From Polyangia bacterium (GTDB lineage: Bacteria > Myxococcota_A > Polyangia > Fen-1088), in assembly GCA_035546175.1 (NCBI GenBank), contig DASZWW010000467.1, positions 1 through 56,744 of the forward strand: a stretch of DNA of 56,744 nt. The letters are read 5' to 3'. The notes beneath the pieces were generated by a model that was not told the DNA's origin, made no database searches, and was given only the letters and a program-made list of their open reading frames with translations. Each line of letters begins with the position of its first letter. Positions within the stretch are counted from its first letter, which is position 1. Positions 22,456 to 30,442 of this stretch are shown in pieces. Both the position numbers and the translations under genes were made by a program.

Positions 22456-24011
22456 GGCGCCCGCCGCCCGAAGAGCCTGCGCACGATGCCGACGATGAAC
22501 TTGCGCTCCTCCTCGCCGGGCTTGAGGACGAGGAGCGCCGCCGGGTAGACGACGAGGCCGGCGGCGACGACGAGCGCCACGCGAGCCTTCGGGGCCATGG
22601 GGATCGCGCGCACGGCGAGCTCGGCGAGGAGGGCGACGCCCGCCGCGAGGAAGGGCTTGGCGAGCGCGCGGTTGAAGGGGTGCACGCGCTCGAAGATCCA
22701 GGCCTGCGCGACGATCGTCCCGAGGAGCAGCGAGGTCGAGATCAGCGACGCCACGGCCGCGCCGGTGACGCCGTGGCGCGGGATCAGCAGGAACGAGAGC
22801 CCCAGGTTCACGCCCGCCGCGACGAGGTTGTCCCAGAAGAAGACGCCCGAGCGCCCCGACATGACGATCACGTAGCCGGTGAGCCCGAGGACGCCGTTGA
22901 TGACGTGCCCGCAGACGAGCAGGCCCATGGCCGTCACGCCCGAGGCGTAGGCGGGGCCGTAGAGCCACAGGAGGGGCTCGCGCAGGGCGAGCAGCGTGAG
23001 GGCGATGGGCGCCGAGGCCGAGGCGACCCAGCGGGTCATGAGCGCCAGGTTGTAGCGCAGACGCTCGCGGTCCCCCTGATGGAGCGCCTCCGACATCATG
23101 GGGGCGGCGATGCTGTCGAACGCGTAGCGCATGCCGGCCACGGAGCGCCCCAGCTCCTCGGAGGCGGCGAACACGGCCACGGCGGCCGCGCCCGAGTACC
23201 CGCTCAGGATGAAGACGTTGGCGCGCTGGAGGATGCCGTTCATGAACTCCGAGGCGCCGAGCGGGATGGCGAAGCGGATGACGCCCTTGTGACCGGGCGC
23301 GCGCAGCGCCTGGCGCAGGCGGCCCCGCCCGAGCACGGCGCTGGCCGCGATCCAGGCGAACGTCGCGAGGACGAGCGTCGAGGTGCCGTGCGCCGCGGCG
23401 GCGCCGTACACGTCGGGCCGCAGCAGCCAGACGATGATCGTGATCGCGATGAGCAAGAACGGCTCGGCGATCCCGCGAATGAGCAGGTTCGGGCGGGTGA
23501 CCTTGGCGGCGAGCGTGGCGGCCATGAGGACGAGCACGAGGCCGCCGCCCAGCACCGTGGGCGCCAGCAGCGGCAGCACGACCGCGTAGGCCGGGTTGCG
23601 CCACCAGCGCACGAAGAGCGGCGCCCCGAGCGCGAGGGCGAGCGAGAGGAAGAGCAGGAAGCCGCCCGACAGCCGCAGGGCGCTCCCGAGCGCCTGCGTC
23701 TCTTCGCGCGTCTCGCCCACGGCGCGGTGGGCGGCCACGAACTTGAGCATCGCCTTGTCGCCGCCGGCGATGCCCGCGCGCATGAGCACCTCGCACAGAT
23801 CGGCGCCTGTCCGGTAGATGCCGTACGCCGTCTGGCCGAAGAGGCGCGCGACGAGCACGCGGTGGAGCGGCATGAGCCCCTGCCCCACCATGGCGAGGAT
23901 CTGCGAGAAACCCGAGCGCGCGGCGTGCGCGGCGTCGTCCGAGCGGCTGACGGCCGCGGGCGCGGCCGCCGCGCCTGCGGCGGCTCCGACTTCATTGGAC
24001 CCCGTCGTCAT
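22452..24011 (-). CDS. Polysaccharide/oligosaccharide flippase (MOP superfamily, Wzx-like)
   Basis: ATG at 24011 (MTTGSNEV...). About 519 aa with roughly 12-14 hydrophobic helices and the composition of polysaccharide biosynthesis (Wzx/MurJ-type) proteins. ATGA overlap with the asnB-like stop. Confidence 0.75.
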   Translation of the reverse strand: MTTGSNEVGAAAGAAAAPAAVSRSDDAAHAARSGFSQILAMVGQGLMPLHRVLVARLFGQTAYGIYRTGADLCEVLMRAGIAGGDKAMLKFVAAHRAVGETREETQALGSALRLSGGFLLFLSLALALGAPLFVRWWRNPAYAVVLPLLAPTVLGGGLVLVLMAATLAAKVTRPNLLIRGIAEPFLLIAITIIVWLLRPDVYGAAAAHGTSTLVLATFAWIAASAVLGRGRLRQALRAPGHKGVIRFAIPLGASEFMNGILQRANVFILSGYSGAAAVAVFAASEELGRSVAGMRYAFDSIAAPMMSEALHQGDRERLRYNLALMTRWVASASAPIALTLLALREPLLWLYGPAYASGVTAMGLLVCGHVINGVLGLTGYVIVMSGRSGVFFWDNLVAAGVNLGLSFLLIPRHGVTGAAVASLISTSLLLGTIVAQAWIFERVHPFNRALAKPFLAAGVALLAELAVRAIPMAPKARVALVVAAGLVVYPAALLVLKPGEEERKFIVGIVRRLFGRRAP

Positions 24012-25981
24012 GGCGCCCCCGCGGCCCGCGCGACGGGCCGCGCGGCGTCCTCGCGCGCGATGCGCTCCGCCGTGGCCGCCGCTTCGCGCGCGAAGGCGGC
24101 CCGCCCGTCGACGAGCTCGCGCTGCCAGGTCTCGAGCACGATGAGGTTCCACAGCCGCTCGCCATGCTCCTCGCCGGCGCGGTGCCGGTCGAGCAGCTCG
24201 GCCACGGCCTCGGGCCGGAAGAGCCCGCGCGCCCGGGCCGCGTTCGAGAGCAGCGTCTCGCGCGCGAAGCCGTGCAGGCGGCCGCGCAGCCACGGTCCCG
24301 TGGGCAGCGCGAAGCCCTTCTTGCGGCGGCCCACGATCTCGGCGGGCACGAGGTCGGCGAACGCGCGCTTGAGGATGTGCTTGCCCCTCGCGCCGCGCAG
24401 CTTGAGCCGCCCCGGCAGCGCCGCGCCCAGCTCGACGACGTGGTGGTCGACGAGCGGGGCGCGCGCCTCGAGGGCATGGGTCATGCTCGCGACGTCGACC
24501 TTGGCGAGGATGTCGTCGGGCAGGTAGGTCCCGACGTCGAGGTCCTGCAGACGGCTCACCGTGTCGGCCGCGCGCGAGGCGCCGAGGAGCGTGGCGAACG
24601 AGGCCGCGGCGGCGTCGCGCTCGAAGCGCCGCGCGAGCTCGGGCGTGTACAGCGCGCCCTTCTCCGCCGCCGAGAAATGGCAGACGAAGCGCAGGTAGCG
24701 CGAGGCCTCGTCGGCGCCGAGGCGCGCGCCGTACTCGCGCACCCAGCGCGCCTTGCGGCCGGGCACCGCCGAGAGCGCGGCGGCGACGCCGCGGGCGAGC
24801 GGCGCGGGCAGGGCGCGGAGGCGCGCGGCGACGTGCGCCCACACGTAGCGCCGGTAACCGCCGAAGGCCTCGTCGCCGGCGTCGCCCGAGAGCGCGACGG
24901 TGACGTGCCGCCGGGTCATCTCGCAGAGGTAGCGGGTGGGGACGGCCGAGGTGTCGCCGAAGGGCTCGCCGTGGTGGCGCACGATGGAGGGCAAGAGGCC
25001 CACCATGTCCGGCTCGACGACGAGCTCGTGGTGGTCGGTGCGCCAGCGCTCGGCGACGAGGCGCGCGTACGGCAGCTCGTCGTCCTCGCGGCCTCCCTCC
25101 TTGAACCCGACGGAGAACGTCTTGACGGGCGCGCTCGACGCGCGCGCCATGCAGGCGACGACGATCGACGAGTCGATGCCGCCCGAGAGGAAGGCCCCGA
25201 GCGGAACGTCCGACATGAGCCGCGAGCGCACGGCCTCCTCGACGGTCTCGCGGACGCGGCGCGCGGCCTCCTCTTCCGAGACGTCCGCGAGCGTCGGCGC
25301 GAACGAGATCTGGTAATAGCGCCGCAGAACGGGGCGCTCGCCGGGGCGCACCTCGAGGGTGTGGCCCGGCGGGAGCTTGCGGACGGCCTCGTAGATCGTG
25401 CGGGGCGCGGGCACGTACTGCAGCGCGAGGTAGGCGTCCAGCGCCTCCATCGACAGGTCCGTCGGCGTGCGCTCGTCGGCGACGAGCGCGCCCAGCTCCG
25501 AGGCGAACACGAAGCCGTCGGCCCGCTCGCAGTAGAAGAGGGGCTTCTCCCCGAACCGATCGCGCGCGAGCAGGAGCTTGCCCGCGCGCGCGTCCCAGAG
25601 CGCGAAGGCGAACATGCCCCGCAGGTGCTCGGGCGCGCGCGCGCCGACCTCCTCGTAGAGGTGCGCCACGACCTCGGAGTCGCTCCCGCTCCTGAAGCGG
25701 TGGCCCTTGGCGATGAGATCGGCGCGCAGCTCGGCGTGGTTGTAGATCTCGCCGTTGACGACGATGGCGATCTGGCCGTCCTCGTTGGTCATGGGCTGCC
25801 GGCCGGCCTCGGACAGATCGATGATCGAGAGGCGGCGGTGCGCGAGCGCCACCGGCCCCGCGCGGAAGAACCCATGACCGTCGGGCCCGCGGTGCACCAT
25901 GGCGGCGGCGAAGCGCTCGGCGGCGCCCGCGGGCGGGGCCTCCGCCAGGCGCGGCGCGAGCGCGCCCGCGATCCCGCACAT
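24008..25981 (-). CDS. asnB: Asparagine synthase (glutamine-hydrolysing) family amidotransferase
   Basis: ATG at 25981. MCGIAG (Cys2 nucleophile), RGPDG, and the PP-loop SGGIDSS. About 657 aa. TAATG junction with the upstream GT4 gene. Confidence 0.92.
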   Translation of the reverse strand: MCGIAGALAPRLAEAPPAGAAERFAAAMVHRGPDGHGFFRAGPVALAHRRLSIIDLSEAGRQPMTNEDGQIAIVVNGEIYNHAELRADLIAKGHRFRSGSDSEVVAHLYEEVGARAPEHLRGMFAFALWDARAGKLLLARDRFGEKPLFYCERADGFVFASELGALVADERTPTDLSMEALDAYLALQYVPAPRTIYEAVRKLPPGHTLEVRPGERPVLRRYYQISFAPTLADVSEEEAARRVRETVEEAVRSRLMSDVPLGAFLSGGIDSSIVVACMARASSAPVKTFSVGFKEGGREDDELPYARLVAERWRTDHHELVVEPDMVGLLPSIVRHHGEPFGDTSAVPTRYLCEMTRRHVTVALSGDAGDEAFGGYRRYVWAHVAARLRALPAPLARGVAAALSAVPGRKARWVREYGARLGADEASRYLRFVCHFSAAEKGALYTPELARRFERDAAAASFATLLGASRAADTVSRLQDLDVGTYLPDDILAKVDVASMTHALEARAPLVDHHVVELGAALPGRLKLRGARGKHILKRAFADLVPAEIVGRRKKGFALPTGPWLRGRLHGFARETLLSNAARARGLFRPEAVAELLDRHRAGEEHGERLWNLIVLETWQRELVDGRAAFAREAAATAERIAREDAARPVARAAGAP

Positions 25982-27150
25982 TACGTCAGCCCCTTGGCCG
26001 CGAGGAGCCCGTCGTAGAGCCGCACCGTCTCCTCGAGGACGCGGTCGACGCTGAAGGTCGCCGCGACGTTGGCGCGGCCGCGCGCGCCCATGGCGCGGCG
26101 CTCGTCCGCGCTCTTGGCCAGCATGCGCCCGAGCGCCTCGGCGAGCGCGTCGTGATCGAAGGTCGGCGCCTCGAAGCCGCTCTCGCCCGGCAGGACGATG
26201 CGGTCGATGTTGGCCGCGTGCGAGACGACGGCGGGCAACCCGCAGGCGTGCGCCTCGAGCACGGCGTTCGGCAGCCCCTCGAAGAGCGAAGGCATGACGA
26301 GCACGTCGGCCGCTTGATAGAGCGACAGCATCTCCGTCACGGTGCCGAGGAAGCGCACGACGTCCGTGAGCCCCAGCCAGCCGAGCACGCGCGGCAGCAC
26401 CGCCGAGTAGAGACGGTCGCGGTTGCGCCCCGCGAGGAGCACGCGGACGTTCGCCGGCAACCGCCCGCTGCGCCGCAGCTTCGCGAGCGCGAGCGCGAGC
26501 CCGATCTGGTGCTTCTGCAGGCCCACGCGGCCCGGGAGCAGGAGCGCGATCTCCCCCGGCGCGATCTCCCAGCGCGCGCGCGCCGCCGCCCGCTCGTCGG
26601 GGGTCGGCGGCCGGAACCGCTCGAGGTCGATGAAGTTGTGGAGGATCTGCACCTTGTCGGGCGACACGCCGGCGAGATCGACGAGCTCGCGGCGCACGCC
26701 CTCCGAGTTGGCGATGACCCGGTCGCTCTTCTGCGAGAGCCACCACTCCGTCGCGAGGTGCATGACGTGCATCGCGCGGCTGCGCACCGCCGTGACGACG
26801 ACGGGCACGGCGGCCCGCCGCGTGGCGAGCCGCGCCCAGAAGTTCGCCTTGTCGCGGTACGAGTGCAAGATGTCCGGCTTCTCTTGCTGCAAGACCTCGA
26901 CCAGCTTCCGCAGGCCGCGCGGCCCCATCTTCGGCGCGCCGAGCACGTGGCGCGGCTCGCCGGGCGGCAGATACTCGCGGTAGTGGACGACGTCCTCGTA
27001 GAGGCACAGCGTCGGCTCGAAGCGCGGCGGCAGCCGCGTCATGAGCTCGAGGATCTGCCGCTCCGCCCCGCCCTGCTGCAGGTTCGGGATGAACAGCAGA
27101 ACCTTATGGCGCTTGCCCTCCGCCGCTGTCACGCCCCCGGTCATTAGCAC
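25981..27150 (-). CDS. Glycosyltransferase family 4 (GT-B)
   Basis: 389 aa (GTG 27150, alternative ATG 27144). KVLLFIPNLQQGGAERQ N-terminal signature and the E-x7-E motif FEGLPNAVLEAHACGLP. Confidence 0.88.
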   Translation of the reverse strand: MLMTGGVTAAEGKRHKVLLFIPNLQQGGAERQILELMTRLPPRFEPTLCLYEDVVHYREYLPPGEPRHVLGAPKMGPRGLRKLVEVLQQEKPDILHSYRDKANFWARLATRRAAVPVVVTAVRSRAMHVMHLATEWWLSQKSDRVIANSEGVRRELVDLAGVSPDKVQILHNFIDLERFRPPTPDERAAARARWEIAPGEIALLLPGRVGLQKHQIGLALALAKLRRSGRLPANVRVLLAGRNRDRLYSAVLPRVLGWLGLTDVVRFLGTVTEMLSLYQAADVLVMPSLFEGLPNAVLEAHACGLPAVVSHAANIDRIVLPGESGFEAPTFDHDALAEALGRMLAKSADERRAMGARGRANVAATFSVDRVLEETVRLYDGLLAAKGLT

Positions 27151-27165
27151 ACGCGCCCCGCCTGG

Positions 27166-27888
27166 TCATGACCACACGCCGTGGCGCAGGGCCTCCTCGG
27201 CGCGATCGCGCTCCTCGGGCAGGTCGACCTCGAGCCAGCCGTAGCCGCTGATGTCGCGGCACGCGGGCGGGCCATCGGTCGTCGCGAGGCGCGCGAGGAT
27301 GCGTTCGACGTGGATGGCGCGGCCCTCCTCGGCGAGCGCGGCGTCGGCCGTCGCCCAGTAGCGGGCCCACGCCGCCGCGGGGATCTTGGTCATGCCGACG
27401 TACCCCGCGTCCCAGGTCTCGAGGGTCTTGGCGATGCGCCGCACGCGCCCCGAGGCGTCACGCTCGACCTTCATGTCGTCGGGGCCGAGCGTCCGGTCGG
27501 TGTCGATGAAGGCGGTGACGTCCTCGGCGGGCCTGGCGGCGATCTCGGCGATCGCGGGCCGGTAGATGTGGTCGACGTTCATGACCAGCAGCTCGTCGTC
27601 CGCCGCGAGGCGGGGCCGCGCCGTCATGAGCGACACGAGGTTGCCGTCGCGGAAGGCCTCGTTGCGCAGGAGCGTCACCGGCAACGCGCGGCGCGCCACC
27701 TCGGCCTCGACGAGCTCGTAGCCGTAGCCGCCCACGACGACGACGTCGCGCGCGCCGGCGCGGCGCGCGAACCGCACGGCGTAGGCGAGCAGCGGCTCGC
27801 CCCCGACGGCGATGAGGGCCTTGGGGAGCCGCTCCGTCAGCGACCCGAGCCGGCTCCCGAGCCCAGCCGCCAGAAGAACCGCTTGCAT
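27166..27888 (-). CDS. Phospho-alcohol/sugar-phosphate nucleotidyltransferase (LicC / IPCT-like)
   Basis: 240 aa. MQAVLLAAGLGSRLGSLTERLPKALIAVGG (G-x-G-x-R loop). The overall layout resembles CTP:phosphocholine-type cytidylyltransferases (N..F..GN..SL, MNVDHIY, WLEVD). The substrate cannot be inferred from sequence alone. Confidence 0.8.
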   Translation of the reverse strand: MQAVLLAAGLGSRLGSLTERLPKALIAVGGEPLLAYAVRFARRAGARDVVVVGGYGYELVEAEVARRALPVTLLRNEAFRDGNLVSLMTARPRLAADDELLVMNVDHIYRPAIAEIAARPAEDVTAFIDTDRTLGPDDMKVERDASGRVRRIAKTLETWDAGYVGMTKIPAAAWARYWATADAALAEEGRAIHVERILARLATTDGPPACRDISGYGWLEVDLPEERDRAEEALRHGVWS

Positions 27889-27980
27889 GGCCTCTCTCTA
27901 CCTCCAAAAAGTGCGCGAGCGCGGCTTCGCCGCGCGGAGCGAAGGGGACAGGTCAGCGAGCGGAAGCGAGCCGACCCCCG

Positions 27981-28733
27981 TCAGAACAGCTCGGGGAGCG
28001 CCGCGAAGCGGCGGATGACCGGCACCCGCGGAAAGCGCAGCGTGAACCGCTCGGGCGAGAACGTCGTCGCGAGGCCCACGAAGGGGATGCCCTCGCGCTC
28101 GGCGATCTCGCCGTCGTGCAGCGAGTCGCCCACGAAGAGCATCTCCTGGCGGCCGACGCCGAACTTGCGCGCGCTCGCGTCGATGTGCGGCCGGCCCTTG
28201 GCGAGCCCGTCGCCGAACCCGAGCACGAGGTCGAACGGAAAGCCGGCGTTGCGCGCGAAGGTCTCGACGTTCGCGACGCCGTTGTTCGAGGAGACGGCGA
28301 TGCGCACGCCCTGGCCGCGCAGGCGCTCGAGCGCCCGGCGCGTCTCCTGCGGCATGCGGATGACGTCGCAGCGGGCGGGCTTGCGGCCCTCGAAGAGGTC
28401 CGACGCGCCCTGGTTGCGCGGGTCGCCGGGGTAGATGTCCTCGAGCTGCTTGATGAACGGAAGGCCGCAGGTCGCGAGGTAGAGCTCACGCGCGAGGATG
28501 CGCGGCGTCCCGTAGACCGACTCCATGACCTCGGTCGCCAGGTCCGCGAGGGTCGGCATGCTATCGATGAGCGTGCCGTCGAGGTCGCAGAGGAGGACGC
28601 GCGGCAATGGCAGCGGACCGAAGGCCCGGACGGGCGCTACGACGGGAGCAAAGCTGGGTGGAGCGGCGACGGGACCGACCGACATGGAGAGTAAACAAGA
28701 GCAATGCCCGCGCCACCGGGACTGCGCTCCCAA
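27981..28733 (-). CDS. HAD-superfamily phosphatase (phosphoglycolate-phosphatase-like subfamily)
   Basis: DxDGT motif (LLCDLDGTLIDS), SSNN motif II region and GDSLHDGEIA motif IV. The track start is TTG 28733; ATG 28685 (MSVGPVAAPP) is an alternative. Confidence 0.85.
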   Translation of the reverse strand: MGAQSRWRGHCSCLLSMSVGPVAAPPSFAPVVAPVRAFGPLPLPRVLLCDLDGTLIDSMPTLADLATEVMESVYGTPRILARELYLATCGLPFIKQLEDIYPGDPRNQGASDLFEGRKPARCDVIRMPQETRRALERLRGQGVRIAVSSNNGVANVETFARNAGFPFDLVLGFGDGLAKGRPHIDASARKFGVGRQEMLFVGDSLHDGEIAEREGIPFVGLATTFSPERFTLRFPRVPVIRRFAALPELF

Positions 28734-28887
28734 GTATTCGCAATCATTTGACGAACTGGATACCTAAGGGTGTGAGGTGTTAGCTTTTGAACAGCCCCGC
28801 CCGTTAGGTTTCCGACACCAGGGCACATGTAGGCGAACCAGGTGACGGAATGGCGTGCCCGCCGTCAGGCGGCCGTCTGTGGCGCCG

Positions 28888-30285
28888 TCAGGCGCCCACG
28901 ACGATGAGGAACCGCCAGCTCTTGGCCTCGATGCCGTAGCCGGCGTCGACGCCCACGAGCGGCACGGCGACCGAGCGCAGGAAGAAGCGCAGACCGCCAC
29001 CGACGTCGTTGTGGATGCTCTGGTTCCACGAGAAGCCGTAGCTGTTGTCCTGCGGGAAGTTGCGCATGTCGGGCGTCTGGCGCGTCCCCATCACGTAGTT
29101 CGTGTTGTTCGGGTCGAAGGGGTTCTCGCGGAACCAGATCGCCTGCACGTCGTAGAAGCCCAGCGCGCGGAAGTCGAGCGACCCCACCGAGAACAGCGGG
29201 AAGTGATACTCGACCTTGCCGCCGAGCTGCGTGTCGCCGCGGAACTGCTGGGTGAGGTAGCCGCGCAGGTTGGGGCCGCCGGCCGTGTTCTCGGCCCAGA
29301 GCGGCAGGTTGTGCCCCGCCGTCGCGCCGAGGAAGTAGATGAGGTTGTGCGACCTGAAGAACTTGATGCCGTGCTCCCAGCTCGCGCCGGCGCGCCAGTA
29401 GGTGAAGTCGCTCTTGAAGTCGGGGCTGGCGTAGTCGAGCGCCGCGCTCAACGCCGTGCCGTGCATGACGGCGAACTCCCGCGCGCGGAAGTCGAACGTC
29501 AGCGACGCGCGGCCGATGCCGACGACGCCGCCCTTCGTCGAGTCGACGGGCTGGCGCACGCCCGTCGCGGGATCGAACGTGCCGTCGTAGTTGAAGTTCT
29601 CGATGTGCCAGGCGACCTGGGTCTTCACGCGCCGGAGCCAGGCGACGCCGAGCGCGCCCTCGAAGCCGTACGAGAACAGGTGCGTCTCGCGCAGCTCGAG
29701 CGGGTCGGAGAGCACGACGTCGTAGTTCGCGTTCGAGTAGTTCTGGTACTCGGGGATGACCTGCTTCTGGATGAGCCCCTGGACCTGCCAGTAGATCCAG
29801 CTGCCGAAGAAGGCGGGATCGCGGTAAGCGAGCGTCGCGCCCGAGTCGATCGTCGCGAGCCGGCCGCCGATGGCGAGCTGCTTGCCGCGGCCGAAGAGGT
29901 TTCCGTGGACGAACAGCAGGCCGATCGACTTGTTGTTCGCCGACCACGACGCGGTCGGCACGGGCGCCCAGGGGAACTTGTCCTTGACGGAGATGTTCAC
30001 CCGGACGCCCTCGCCGTGCGGCTCCCACCACACGTTCACGTCGGCGAAGAGCCCCGTCGTGTTGAGGCGCTCGCGGACCTTGTCGAGCGTGTCGGCCTCG
30101 AGGATGTCGCCGTGCGCGATCCCCGCGATGGAGCGCACCGTCGACTCCTCGGTGCGCTGGTTGTCCAGCACGCGGACGTCGACGATCGTCTCGCCGATGG
30201 CGAGGGCGCGCGAAGGCACGCCGACGAGGCACACGACCACCACCGCGAGCGCGAGGACGACCCGTCGGGACCGGCCCCGCGCCAT
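28888..30285 (-). CDS. Omp85-family outer-membrane protein with a single POTRA domain
   Basis: MARGRSRRVVLALAVVVVCLVGVPSRALA signal peptide (ATG 30285; the track start 30345 is less likely). One POTRA-like unit (IVDVRVLDNQRTEESTVRSIAGIAHGDILEADTLDKVRERLNTTGLFADVNV), then a beta-barrel with an aromatic-rich alternating pattern and a bacterial surface antigen (D15)-like C-terminus. Confidence 0.8.
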   Translation of the reverse strand: MARGRSRRVVLALAVVVVCLVGVPSRALAIGETIVDVRVLDNQRTEESTVRSIAGIAHGDILEADTLDKVRERLNTTGLFADVNVWWEPHGEGVRVNISVKDKFPWAPVPTASWSANNKSIGLLFVHGNLFGRGKQLAIGGRLATIDSGATLAYRDPAFFGSWIYWQVQGLIQKQVIPEYQNYSNANYDVVLSDPLELRETHLFSYGFEGALGVAWLRRVKTQVAWHIENFNYDGTFDPATGVRQPVDSTKGGVVGIGRASLTFDFRAREFAVMHGTALSAALDYASPDFKSDFTYWRAGASWEHGIKFFRSHNLIYFLGATAGHNLPLWAENTAGGPNLRGYLTQQFRGDTQLGGKVEYHFPLFSVGSLDFRALGFYDVQAIWFRENPFDPNNTNYVMGTRQTPDMRNFPQDNSYGFSWNQSIHNDVGGGLRFFLRSVAVPLVGVDAGYGIEAKSWRFLIVVGA

Positions 30286-30442
30286 CAAGCAAAGCTCGGG
30301 CATGGGACAAGGATATCGGCGCGGCGGGCATTCGTAAATGTCCACTCTGCGCCCGGGTGTTCGGGGGTGGGACCAACGTCACTCCGTGTCCGTCGAGATA
30401 CCGCCCCCATCCCGCGGAAACCCTGGTAACGTTGGCCGGCCC

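Noticed and set aside
28734-28887. tRNA or small RNA gene in the lower-GC gap between the HAD gene and the Omp85 gene
   Set aside because: I could not fold a cloverleaf or find conserved T-loop (GTTCRA) or anticodon-arm features. It is more simply the promoter region of the ten-gene operon plus the 3' flank of the Omp85 gene. A covariance-model scan would be needed to exclude an sRNA.
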